Assembly: GCF_016432865.1 (NCBI RefSeq)
Contig: NC_067403.1
Coordinates: 257,486,001-257,549,165 of the forward strand
DNA: 63,165 nucleotides
Origin: Antechinus flavipes
Lineage: Eukaryota
Direction: 5' to 3'
Numbering within the stretch: position 1 is the stretch's first letter; every line of letters begins with the position of its first letter. The translations under genes were made by a program, and so were the position numbers. This document shows, piece by piece, positions 48,411-59,769 of the stretch. The notes beneath the pieces are model-generated. The model did no database searches and was not told the origin of the DNA. It saw only the letters and a program-made list of their open reading frames with translations.

Positions 48411-50249
48411 GAGGATGCCCAGGGGGGAGGGGCCGGGGCGGGCCGGGGGGAGGGGCCTGGCTGGAGGAGGAGGAGGAGGAGGGGTCTGGGGACGCTGATG
48501 GGGGAGAGGACCTGGGCAGGGACTGTGGGGCGGAGGAGGGGCTGGAATCCAGGACTGGGGCGCCGGGGAAAGGGGGGGCGGAGGCGGGACTAGGGGCGGC
48601 CGCTGGGAGGAAAGGAGGAGTGGCTAAGGGGCTGGGGGCGGCCGCTGAGGAGAGGGCCTGAGGAGGGAGGGGCGGAGGGGGGCCGGGATTCGAGGCAGGG
48701 GCACGGAGGGCGGGGCGGAGGCGGGGCTAGGGGTGGCCGCTGAGGCGAGGGACTGAGGAGGGAGGGGCGGAAGAGGGGCTGGGGCGGCCGCTGGGGAGAG
48801 GGCCTGGGTAGGGAGGGGGGAGGAGGGGGGCTGGGATTCGAGGCAGGAGCACGGTGGGGAGGGGCGGAGGCGGGGGCTGGGATCCGGGGCAGGGGCGGCG
48901 GGCCGAGTTCTAAGATGCCGAGAAACGGCCGGGAGGAGCAGCCTTGAGAGGGGCCTGCGGGGGCTGCGGCACTTCCCTGCAATGGCTCCTGAAGGGTCCG
49001 GGAGGCCGTAATCCCAAGGAACTAGAGAGGAGAAGGCTGGGGGAGGGGGGGGCGAAGGAAGCGGGGGGGCGGGGCTGGCAGAGCCCCCCCGGATTGGGCC
49101 ATTTGCTGGGGCTTCTCTCTGCGCTTTCCGACGGGCCTAGGGCTGCCCCAGCTGCCCTCTGGCCCAGGTGCGGGCGCTTGGGCGTCTGAAGACTTGGGTT
49201 CAAATCCCTTTTCTACTATGAGCCCGTGGGCTAGTCTGCGCCTCCCCCCAGCCCAGACGACACCCACGGCTCCTTCCTGCTCTCTAACCGGAGCGGGGCC
49301 CAGGCTGGGGCCGATTCAGCGCGCTGGGAGAGGCGCAGAGCTTGCCTGCCTACCTTCTGAGCGCATCCCCGCGCCAAGTTTGCCCGCTGGGGAAACCGAG
49401 GCTCCAGGAGAAGGGGCTTTGGCTGAGCTCGGCCAGGGAGGGCGGAGGAGGCAGGATGGCCCCCGGGCGCCCGCTCCCACTGCAGGGGTGTGGGGTGCAA
49501 AGATGCAGGGGATGGAAACTGAGGCCCCGAGGGAAGGGCCCCGCCCCCAGGTCAGACAAGCAGAGCGTCCCAGGGGGGTTATTAGTATTTCTTAGTCATT
49601 GGGAGGCCCTTCGCCCCCGCGCCCGGGATGGGGGGAGGATGGAAATTCCAGAACTCTGGAGAGCCCGGAATGTGGGAAGAGACCCCGCCCCACTTCCCCT
49701 CCCCCTTCCCCTCCCCTCCCCGAGAAAGTTCAGAGCTCCATTACTGGGGCCAAACTGCCCCCCCCCCCCCCCCCCGAGGGAGGGGATTTGAGCGAGTGTC
49801 CCGCCCCTCACCCTCTGTCAGGGTTCCCGTTCCGAGTTCCCTCGGGCCTGCTTGTCAGTCAACAAACATCCGGGGCCCTCCGGGCCTTCTGACCCAGATC
49901 TGGCCGCTGGCCGCGGGCGGCTCTGGAGGGGAAGTGAGGCAGTGAGCCCGGCCGGCCCTCCCGTAAAGTCATGGTATCACAGGACAAACGAGGACAACTG
50001 AGGCACCGCGCGAAGCCCGGCCACACACAGAAAGGCCTCGCTTAGCAGCCCGAGAGAAGCTAAAAGGAAATGATCACCAGAGGGGAGCCCCCACACTGAG
50101 GGGCTGCAGGAGGAGAGATTTTAGCGGGACTTGGAGGAAGGCAGGGAAGCCTGGAGGGCAGCGAAGAAGGGAGAGGTCCTGGCTGCGGGAGGTGGCCGAG
50201 AAATGCCCGAGTCCCGCGGGCATGGAGCACCTGGTTTGCCGGAGGCCAG

Positions 50250-52250
50250 GAGGCCCTGGGCCGGATCAGAGCACAGAGGGAGGGGCTGGAAGGGGCAGGA
50301 GCGCCTGGACCAGGAGCTTGACCGCAGACCCTGGGGTCTGTATTTGATCCGGGTGATGGGGCGCTACCGGAGTTCTGGGAGAGGAGGGATGTCATCAGAT
50401 TTGCACTTGAGGAAGAGCACTTTGGCAGCCCAGGGAGGACGGACTGAAGTGGGAGAGGCTAGGGGAGGAGGCCGAGCAGCAGCCTGAGCAGCTTCTGACA
50501 TGAAGGGGCCAGGGCTGATGTGAGAGCAGGGGCAGAGGAGAGAGGGCGTGTGGGAAAGGTCAAATCAGCAGGCGACCCACTGGGCCTGGGGGATGGGGAG
50601 AATGAGGGGAGGCAGGAGAGTGAGAGGCTGGGGATGAAGGGGCTGGGGATGAAGGACAATGAGGGGCTGGGGATGAGGGTGAATGAGAGGTTGGGGATGA
50701 AGGAGAATGGGGGGCTGAGGATGAGGGTGAATGAGACTCTGGGGATGAGGGTGAATGAGGGGCTGGAGATGAGGGTGAATGAGACTTTGGGGATGAGGGT
50801 GAATGAGGGGCTGGGGATGAGGGTGAATGAGAGATTGGGGATGAGGATGAATGAGGGGCTGGGGATGAGAGTGAATGAGAGGCTGGAGATGAGGGTGAAT
50901 GAGACTTTGGGGATGAGGGTGAATGAGGGGCTGGGGATGAGAGTGAATGAGAGGCTGGAGATGAGAGTGAATGAGACTTTGGGGATGAGGGTGAATGAGG
51001 GGCTGGGGATGAGGGTGAATGAGAGATTGGGGATGAGGGTGAATGAGGGGCTGGGGATGAGAGTGAATGAGAGGCTGGAGATGAGGGTGAATGAGACTTT
51101 GGGGATGAGGGTGAATGAGATGTTGGGGATGAGGGTGAATGAGAGGCTGGGGATGAGGGTGAATGAGACTTTGGGGATGAGGGTGAATGAGATGTTGTGG
51201 ATGAGGGTGAATGAGAGGCTGGGGATGAGGGTGAATGAGACTTTGGGGATGAGGGTGAATGAGGGGCTGGGGATGAGGGTGAATGAGGGGCTGGGGATGA
51301 GGGTGAATGAGACTTTGGGGATGAGGGTGAATGAGATGCTGGGGATGAGAGTGAATGAGACTTTGGGGATGAGGGTGAATGAGACTGAGGATGAGGGTGA
51401 ATGAGATGTTGGGGATGAGGGTGAATGAGAGGCTGGGGATGAGGGTGAATGAGACTTTGGGGATGAGGGTGAATGAGGGGCTGGGGATGAGGGTGAATGA
51501 GGGGCTGGGGATGAGGGTGAATGAGACTTTGGGGATGAGGGTGAATGAGACTGAGGATGAGGGTGAATGAGATGTTGGGGATGAGGGTGAATGAGAGGCT
51601 GGGGATGAAGGTGAATGAGACATTGGGGATGAGGGTGTCTGAGACATTGGGGGTGACTCCTAGGTTTGGTGCCCCAGAGATGGGGAGAATGAAAGCACCA
51701 GCACTAGTACTAAGGGAGTCCTAGAGGACAGTTTGAGAGGAAAGCTGAGGGGTCCATTTTGAACATGTTGCTGGACAAGCTGTGTCCGGGACAACCCCTC
51801 TGGTGGCTAACGGGCGAGCTGGACGGAGCCAAGCCAGAGAAGGGGGGGAGGGGTCATCGGTGTAGGGGAGCACATGGAATCCAGGGGAGCCGATGAGCTC
51901 GCTCCGGGCAGTGGGCAGGAAGAAGAGAAGAGGGCCCGGGATGGAGCTGTGTGGGACACTGGTGGTGAGAAGGCGGGACTTGGAGGAGGATCCAGGCCAG
52001 GAGCCAGAGAGAGAGGCGTCAGATGGGGAGGGGGAGAGCCAGGAGAGGGACGTTTCCCAGAAAGCCTTGGGAGTATGTAGGAGAGAGGAAACCCCATCAC
52101 CCGAGGCCGCAGGGAAGTGGAGGAGAAGGAGAGCAGAGCAAAGGCCATTACGCTGGGCATTTAAGAGGTCTCTGATACCTTTGGAGAGCTGTCAGTCAAG
52201 CTCTCCTGCCCAAAGCCCGGCCCTGCTGGGAGATGACCCAGAGCTGTGGA
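50250..52250 (-). mobile_element. GC-shifted L2 remnant split by a minisatellite
   Basis: L2-like blocks on both sides of the array (gatgtcatcagatttgcacttgaggaagagcactttggcagc; tccattttgaacatgttg; gtcatcggtgtagggg; gcaaaggccattacgctgggcatttaagagg). Boundaries approximate. Confidence 0.55.
50619..51648. repeat. 24-bp G-rich minisatellite, about 40 copies
   Basis: Unit ggggatgagggtgaatgagaggct with ggggct, gacttt and gatgtt variants. Confidence 0.96.
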
Positions 52251-52430
52251 AGGTGTTAGCCAGCACGGGCCAGCTTCGGGGAGCTCCGGGGTCCTGGGAA
52301 GGCCCCCAGGCCGGCGCCGTGATGCTTAACGTGCAGCCCAACGTCCCCCAGGTTCCTCCCCATCGCCATTCAAAGACCCAGCCTTCAGGTCACCAGGGTG
52401 GTAACAGGCCTCTGTCTCCCAAAGATATAG

Positions 52431-52618
52431 CAGGGGTCCTCAAACTACGGCCCGCGGGCCAGATGCGGCAGCTGAGGGCGATTATCCCCCTCCCCAGGGC
52501 TAGGAAGTTTCTTTATTTAAAGGCCCACAAAACAAAGTTTTTATTTTTACTCTAGTCCGGCCTCCAATAGTCTGAGGGACAGTGAACTGGCCCCTATTTA
52601 AAAAGTTTGAGGACCTCG
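52431..52618 (+). mobile_element. Non-autonomous hAT-Charlie DNA transposon (OC1/OposCharlie-type MITE), about 190 bp
   Basis: Terminal inverted repeats CAGGGGTCCTCAAACT ... AGTTTGAGGACC(tcg), and an imperfect target duplication gatatag/gatacag. Interior resembles the dasyurid OC1 non-autonomous element as I recall it. Confidence 0.75.
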
Positions 52619-52790
52619 ATACAGAGAAAAGGGGGAGGACGTGCATGCAACTATTTGTAGCAATTTCTGTGGCGATTGGAAGAATTGGAGACCGAGGGGA
52701 AGCCCAGGAGCCGGGGACGCCGGACACGCTGCGATCCACGAATGGGATGGAACACTCTGGGGCTATGAGAAATGTCGAGCAGGATGGGTC

Positions 52791-52920
52791 AGGAGAACCC
52801 AGGGAGGCTCAGGAGAACTCAGGGAGGCTCAGGAGAACCCGGCGAGGCTCAGGAGAATTCAGGGAGGCTCAGGAGAACCCGGCGAGGCTCAGGAGAACCC
52901 AGGGAGGGTCAGGAGAACCA
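52791..52920. repeat. 20-bp minisatellite, 6.5 copies, inside the L1
   Basis: Unit aggagaacccagggaggctc in exact 20-nt register. Confidence 0.92.
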
Positions 52921-53264
52921 CTACCAAGTGAAGGGAGCAGAACCGGAGATTCCGGCGGCAATAATGGAACAAGGTTCCCCTGGAAGGACCGGTCCCGTCC
53001 AGACAACGATCCACGCCAATTGCAAAGGACTCTTGATGACAGATGCTCTCCCTCGCCCCAGAACCGATGAATCCCGAGTGCAGATTGTTTCTCCTGCTTT
53101 CCTTATTTTCTTGCTTTTCCCCCCCTTGCAACAGGGCTAACACTCTGTCATTGCCCGCTTGCATTGTTTTCCTTCCCAGGTTATTTTTACCTTCTTTCTA
53201 AATCCAATTTTTCTTGTGCAGCAGGAGAACTGTCTAAACATGTCTACATATATTGGATTTAACG

Positions 53265-53490
53265 GATACTTTTTTTTTTTCATTTTAAGGCTTTTTATTA
53301 TTATTTTTTATATAGCTTTTTATTTACAAGTTCTATGCACGGGTCATTTTTCAGCACTGACAATGGCCACACCTTCTGTTCCAACTTTTCCCTCCTTCCC
53401 CCACCCCCTCCCCCAGATGGCAGGTTGACCAATACATGTTAAATATGTTAAAGTACAAGTTAAATACAATATATGTCTACATGTCTAAAC
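53265..53490 (-). mobile_element. Younger LINE-1 3' end inserted antisense into the older L1
   Basis: Poly-T followed by gctttttatttacaag...ttctgttccaacttttccctcc...ccagatggcaggttgacc...gttaaatacaatatatg. Confidence 0.65.
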
Positions 53491-53631
53491 ATTAACATGG
53501 GGGGAAAGAGGGGAAAAGTTGGAACAGAAGTTTCTGCAAGGGTCGATGTTGAAAAATTACCCATGGATATGTTTTGTCAATAAAAGACTATTAAAAAAAA
53601 ATGGCTAATGTGGAAATATATTTTGCATTGG

Positions 53632-53780
53632 TTTTTTTTTTTTTTCTGAAGCAATTGGGGTTAAGTGACTTGCCCAGGGTCATACAGCTAGGAAGTGGTA
53701 AGTGTCTGAGGTGAGATTTGAACTCAGGTCCTCCTGACTTCAGAACTGGTGCTCTATCCACTGCGCGGCCCTCCTGCCTC
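53632..53780 (-). mobile_element. WSINE1-type SINE, full length
   Basis: Poly-T, gcaattggggttaagtgacttgcccagggtcatacagctaggaagt...gatttgaactcaggtcctcctgact...gctctatccactgcgc, with pol III B- and A-box remnants. Confidence 0.85.
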
Positions 53781-54164
53781 TTGCATTGATATTTGACATA
53801 TCATGGGCAGTTATTTCTACTCTTGGCAATGGGTGGGAGAAGGGGTAGAGAGAGGGAGGGAATTTGGGACTGAAAATTAAGATTAAAAACGTAAAATAAT
53901 AACAGAGTAAAACAAAAGTTAAGAATGACGGGGCTTCCTAGAAGGGGAGGGTTCTGGGTGGACTCTGGACAGCAATGGCGGGGAGAGAGGCGGGGCTTTT
54001 CCCGTAATAGCGGTTATGGCGTGCCAGATGGGGAAACCACGTGGGTTGGGGGCAGAGGGATGGAAGGGAGAGAGAGATCCCGGCCGGGCCTTTGTTGGAG
54101 AATCTGCCAGTATGGACTCTGGAGGAAGATTTAGGGAGACGCGAGCACTGCTTTCGAGCACCTG

Positions 54165-54330
54165 TTGCTCAGTCACGTCCAATCCCAGTGATCCCATGGG
54201 GGGGTTTCTCGGCAAAAGTCCTGGAGCGGTTCGCCATTTCCTTCCCCAGCTCATCGTACAGATGAGGAAACTGAGGCAGACAGGGTGAATGACTTGCCCA
54301 GGGCTGTAGAGCTAGGAAGCCAGTCTTGCT
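54165..54330 (-). mobile_element. MAR1-type SINE
   Basis: cccatggggggtttctcggcaaaagtcctggagcggttcgccatttccttc...cagatgaggaaactgaggcag...tgacttgcccaggg. Confidence 0.75.
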
Positions 54331-55127
54331 GCCGCCAGGCTTCTGTGGCGAGCCCGGCTGCCCCAAGCCTCTGTAGGTTGTCCTAACGGAGCTTTGCTTT
54401 GTTCTGCTTCACCCCAGAAGCTAGAAGGGGGGAAGAAGCTACAGAAAGGGGTGGATTTGAACTTGAAGTCCTCCCAGTTCAGACATCCCGGGTTCCAGGG
54501 GCCCCCGCGGCTCCTACCCTCCACATTCTATGCCATTCTGCAGTAAAAGTTTTGAGCCATCCGTGGTGGGCAGACTCGAAGGAGTCAGCTCTGTGTCACC
54601 CTCGAGGCCCAGAAAAGACTGGGGGGGGGGGCTCCACTTCTCTGAGGACCCGTGTCTTTTAGGGGATTCCTCTGGGGCGGAGGCCAGAAGCTCCCACGGC
54701 CCCCAAGGACTCTGCCCAGGATCACGACTCCTTATCCCAGAACAAGCGAAAGAAAGCTTCCTGGCAGCGCCCGCCCGGCCAACGGGTGTGAGCGTTTATT
54801 GAGCACCAGTGATGTGTCCGGGCGGTCCTGGGCGCATGGAGGAATCCGGCGGCCGCCCCCTCGGGAGGAGGGGCTCGCGGACGGCTGAGAAGCCGTGGGA
54901 AGGGCTGGCTCCCTTATGGCACAAGGTCGGCCCCTGCATCTTGGGATACAATGTAGCCCTCCCAGGCTTATCTGGGCCACAGGGCCTAGTAGGGAGTCCT
55001 AGGCTAGAACTGAGACAGTAACAGTCGGTCCTGGGCTCAGTGTCCGCCAGCCGTGCGGCCTTGGGGGTCCCTGGAAACTGGGTACAAAGATACTGTAATA
55101 ATCATCTCCGGGCTGACGCCTCCTGCA

Positions 55128-55260
55128 GGAGCCGGGCCCCCCACCACGCGAGGTCGTGGAAAGGGGAGACGGACGCGGCTAAAGTTCGGTCCGGGGGGAG
55201 GAGCTGGGCCCCCCACCACGCGAGGTCACAGAAGGGGGAGACGGACGCGGCTAAAGTTCA
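55128..55260. repeat. 72-bp tandem duplication
   Basis: ggagcYgggccccccaccacgcgaggtc...gggagacggacgcggctaaagttc at 55128 and 55200. Confidence 0.85.
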
Positions 55261-55599
55261 GTCCCAGGCGGGGGAGCTGGCGGAAGGACCCCCGGCCAGA
55301 CATCTGGAGGCTTTGCACATGGTTCCGGTGGGCTCCACTTGACCTTGGGGGCAGAAAAAGGGAAAGCCTGGGGGCGGGGGCGCCCACCTGTAGGGCCCGA
55401 GTCCTTTTCAAGGCACCGTCACCGAGTCCTTTCTGCGGCCTCGGAACATCTGCCTTTAGAATGCAAGGGCCTCAGTGGGAGAACTCCATTCAGCTGGCGT
55501 TAGTCACGCGCCACTCAGTCTCACTTAGTCCCAGAGCCCCACCCCCCGCAGGATCGGGGACGTCCACCAGTCTCCAGCATTTATCCCTCGTCTCCTGGG

Positions 55600-55965
55600 G
55601 GGGCAGGTAGATACTGGGCGCTGGTGAGGGGAGACAGGAATAGCTACCATTCAAGCCCTGCCCTCAGGGAGCTCCGGGGGGGAAACAAATGGTATGAAGC
55701 CGAGGGAGCGTCACCCGGCCCAGAGAGGAACGTGGGTCTCCGGGAGTTACAAAGAAAAATGGCTGATGGAGGCATTGGGAGGGGGGAAATTGAGAGTTAT
55801 TGCAAGAAGAAATTGACAGCAAAACTATAATAGTCGGAGATCTCAAACTTGCACTCTCAGAACTAGATAAATCAAATCACAAAACAAATAAGAAAGAAAT
55901 TAAAGAGCAAGGGGGGAAATCCAGGGAGGCTTCATGGCAAAGGTAGCCTTCAAGCTGAGCCTCAA
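55600..55965 (-). mobile_element. L2 fragment
   Basis: gtagatactgggcgctgg...ccctgccctcagggagctc...ggcttcatggcaaaggtagccttcaagctgagcct. Confidence 0.5.
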
Positions 55966-57293
55966 ATCCCGGGTAGGATCACGTAGATGCTGGAGGGAAC
56001 AGGGTGAACAACATAGAATTATCAAGGTCCGGCCCTGGACGCGACCTCCCAAGGCCTAGAGTTCCGCCGACAGATCCCCTTGACGACGAACCCAGCGGGT
56101 GACCCCCGGCAGCCTCTGTGCCCCGTCCCGCTCTGGGTCACAGGAACAGGGTTCGCTTCTAAGCTCACTCTGGGTTTGGAAGAACCAGCAGTGGAACAAC
56201 GATGGTTCTCACTGAGCCGTCATTAAGTCGGAGCTCCCAATGGGCCCCAGGGACCGTCTGCCCAGGATGACGATCCCTTTTATCCCAGAACAAAGGAAAG
56301 CGCCCAAAACACAGCCTCTGTCTCACTTCTCACGCTGAGTCCGGTTTTGTTTATGTTCCAAGAAATGTAGTCATGCGTGTATACATATACCTTCCCATAC
56401 ATTACACCAGTGCAGCCCATATACATATTATTCATGGCTCTATATACATTTTAAACACATATGTAAGCANNNNNNNNNNNNNNNNNNNNNNNNNNNNNNN
56501 NNNNNNNNNNNNNNNNNNNNNNNNNNNNNNNNNNNNNNNNNNNNNNNNNNNNNNNNNNNNNNNNNNNNNNNNNNNNNNNNNNNNNNNNNNNNNNNNNNNN
56601 NNNNNNNNNNNNNNNNNNNNNNNNNNNNNNNNNNNNNNNNNNNNNNNNNNNNNNNNNNNNNNNNNNNNNNNNNNNNNNNNNNNNNNNNNNNNNNNNNNNN
56701 NNNNNNNNNNNNNNNNNNNNNNNNNNNNNNNNNNNNNNNNNNNNNNNNNNNNNNNNNNNNNNNNNNNNNNNNNNNNNNNNNNNNNNNNNNNNNNNNNNNN
56801 NNNNNNNNNNNNNNNNNNNNNNNNNNNNNNNNNNNNNNNNNNNNNNNNNNNNNNNNNNNNNNNNNNNNNNNNNNNNNNNNNNNNNNNNNNNNNNNNNNNN
56901 NNNNNNNNNNNNNNNNNNNNNNNNNNNNNNNNNNNNNNNNNNNNNNNNNNNNNNNNNNNNNNNNNNNNNNNNNNNNNNNNNNNNNNNNNNNNNNNNNNNN
57001 NNNNNNNNNNNNNNNNNNNNNNNNNNNNNNNNNNNNNNNNNNNNNNNNNNNNNNNNNNNNNNNNNNNNNNNNNNNNNNNNNNNNNNNNNNNNNNNNNNNN
57101 NNNNNNNNNNNNNNNNNNNNNNNNNNNNNNNNNNNNNNNNNNNNNNNNNNNNNNNNNNNNNNNNNNNNNNNNNNNNNNNNNNNNNNNNNNNNNNNNNNNN
57201 NNNNNNNNNNNNNNNNNNNNNNNNNNNNNNNNNNNNNNNNNNNNNNNNNNNNNNNNNNNNNNNNNNNNNNNNNNNNNNNNNNNNNNNNNNNNN

Positions 57294-57420
57294 TCCTTTT
57301 TGTTAAGGCAACTGGGGTTAAGTGACTTGCCCAGGGTCATACAGAAAGAAGTGTTACGTGTCTGAGAGCACATTTGAACTCAGGTCCTCCTGACTTGAGG
57401 GGTGCGCCCCCTAGCTGCCA
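57294..57420 (-). mobile_element. WSINE1-type SINE with an internal deletion
   Basis: aggcaactggggttaagtgacttgcccagggtcatacag...atttgaactcaggtcctcctgact...ccccctagctgcc. Confidence 0.8.
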
Positions 57421-57479
57421 CGGATCCATGGAGTTTGGTACTGAGGTAGATCGAAAACAGGGAAAGATTTTACAAATGT

Positions 57480-58680
57480 CCCATTCTAAGCCACGAGCAA
57501 ACCCTTGAATGTGTCCGTTACGAAAAGGCCACGGAAGTTGGCGGCATCCCTTTGGTAGCAGGTGCTGCGCTCGTGGACTGGGCAGTTCTAGGTATTTCTA
57601 TCATCCCGTTCCCCATCTCCTGGGAGGAGAAGGAATCTCTATGAAGACCTCGACTTGCCTGGAACTCATCACCTTCCAAAGCCGATTATTATCCCTTCGA
57701 AGAGTAACCAAGAAAATAGAGACGTCCTCCAGTGAGAGGGCTGGATGTGCTGCGAGCAGTGGGACAGAAGGCTGGGGGAGCCTCGAATGCCAACCGAAGG
57801 AGACAGAACTTTATCTGGGAGAAACCAAAGCGGGGGGCCGCGATCAGAGAAGCAGATGCCCCGGGGGCCCGCTGTGGCGTGGGAAACCGTGTCAGACAAC
57901 AGCTCACTTAGGTCGTGGCAGAACTGGTTGGGTTTGTGGCTCCTCGTCAATAAAAGGAGATCTCCGGAGCATTTCCCGAGGGTCTGCATTTGACCCTGAC
58001 TGTTTACTCCTTTTATCAATTATTGGAAAGAGATTATAACCTACTCATCTAGCTATAGGTTTTTTTTTTTTGGGGGGGGGGGTCCAGAGTCACGGATAAA
58101 GGAAACTCCCGGTGGGGAAACTCCCTTCCTCAATACCCAAAAGCAGATCGGCAAACCCAGAAGCATGGAGAGAGTCGGGGCCCGATAAGCCCGTGGAGAC
58201 GGTTGAGAATGCCGAGAGGTTCCTCAGTTGCCCAGGATCCCACGGCCAGCGAGGACCAGAGGCGAGCCTGGAGCCCACGTTTATTCGGACTGGGAAGCCA
58301 TGGTCTCTCCGCTGCCCCCTGCTGCCTGTCAGAGATGACACTCTTCTCTAATTTGCACATGACGCATAGCTTGGAAGGACGGCGGACATGCTGGATCCAA
58401 AGAGAGCCAAGAAGGATCCCGAGTGATTTCAACTGGTTACAATATTTGGCTGAATTTAAAAAGATGAAATTCGACAAGGGTAGATGTAAAGTCTCACCCT
58501 TAGGTTCCACATGCTTCCCAAGAGCAAGATGGAACAAGTGTATTTAGAAAACATATTGAAAAAAACCGAGGAGGGAGGCTTGAATCTGAAAAAAAAGATC
58601 TGAAGGTCTGAGTAGACCACAAGATCAAGGTGAGTTCCTCATGTGGGTGATGTGGAAGCCGGGAGAGCGGATGCCATTTT
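57480..58680 (+). mobile_element. CR1/L3 LINE reverse-transcriptase remnant, degraded and interrupted
   Basis: gaactggttg...gagatctcc...gagggtctgcatttgaccctg...ttttatcaata... and gatgaaattcgacaagggtagatgtaaagtc...aaaaaagatctgaaggtc...agtagaccacaag...gtgatgtggaagcc follow the CR1 ORF2 order as I recall it. No intact ORF. Confidence 0.6.
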
Positions 58681-59769
58681 GACCGGCCTTCCCACATCTG
58701 CAGAGCTGTGTTCCGCTTTGGTTCCACGTTTTTAGCAAAGTCACCGTTGGCTGGGGGAGCATCCGGGTTGCTTAAAGTGCTTCTATACAGCAAGCACTCG
58801 ATAAGTGTCTGCCCAATTGTATCGATGGACCATTCCACATGAGATGTGCTCGTTGGCGGGGGGGAAGCTCAGGCTGGGGACTACGTGCCCGCTGTCACGT
58901 GGAGGAAAGCTGAGGCTTCTTCCGCTTGTCTTGGCCCTTGAGCACAAGAGCCAGAGCAGTGGGGGGGGGGCAGAAGACAGGAAAGAGGAGACTGAGTTAT
59001 AGAGAGGAGAAGTCCCTGATAGGGAGGTGTTGGGAGGGAGGGAGCTCCCGCTCCTGGAGGCCGGCACGGATGCTCCGGACACCTGCGGTGAGTCTCTGGG
59101 GAGGGGCCTTCCATCACCAGGATTCTGTAAAAATGGTGGAAAGGCTGGAGGCGAAGCGGCGCAGCCCAGAGAGCCGGGGCCCCCAAGGGGCGCCTCCTGA
59201 GAAGCTGGCACGGGGCGGGCAAATTGCAGCGCGCTTGACCAGCCCGGGGCACTGGTGAAAGGGCCTCTGGGAGCTCCCTCTGACTCCCCGCCACCTGCTC
59301 CATCTTGGGTGCTGCCATTCACGAGGGCTTCTGGCTCCCTCCAGAGAGAGCCATGAGAGGCTCCCAGAGGCCACTTGGTGCGGGATGTCCAGTCTCCTCT
59401 TGGCATTTTGTGGGAAGGCAGAGGTGGCTGGGGACGGGGGACTTGGGGAAACTGCTCCTTCCCCCTGCGGGGAGGCCGGGGACCGCTCCCAGGCTCTGGG
59501 GGACGCAGGGAGCCAACAGCCCACCCCTCGTTACCGCTCTGAGCCCTCAAGTCAGCGGGCCGGGGGGCTACTGGTGCCTTTGATGCGACTCATGGCTTTC
59601 GTTCCCTGCGGAGCCAGGGGCGCCTCCTCCAGCTCAGTGATCAAGGGGGATTTCCCCCCACTCATTGCTCCGTCCCGCTCTCAGCCATTGGTGAGGGCCG
59701 GGTGCTTCTCTAGGCCCCCTGTGTGGGGCTGCCCTGTCTGCCTCCTTCCCCCGGCCCATCTTCACCTTC

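Larger units (their letters stand above)
52395..53600 (+). mobile_element. LINE-1 3' fragment (ORF2 end, 3' UTR and A tail) carrying nested insertions
   Basis: tcccaaaga...aaaagggggaggac...tatttgtagca...ggaagaattgga...gctatgagaaatg...gaagggagcagaacc...aattgcaaaggactcttgatg...ttccttcccaggttattttt...aataaaagactattaaaaaaaaa is collinear with a marsupial L1 3' end. Confidence 0.7.

Noticed and set aside
50520-51647. MRVNEGLG and His/Pro-rich repeat ORFs
   Set aside because: Translations of the 24-bp minisatellite, with no splice or promoter support.
52582-53140. 162-aa ATG ORF with GEPREAQ repeats
   Set aside because: Spans the hAT end, L1 remnant and 20-bp array, so it is a chance open frame.
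56373-57373. ORFs spanning N runs (also at 23565, 25415, 61869)
   Set aside because: Open only because unknown bases were translated as X.
59041-59093. Strong plus-strand donor GCG|GTGAGT at 59087 that could belong to an antisense or CABP4-type upstream exon
   Set aside because: Single motif with no acceptor or promoter support, and no CABP4 coding sequence is visible in the window.
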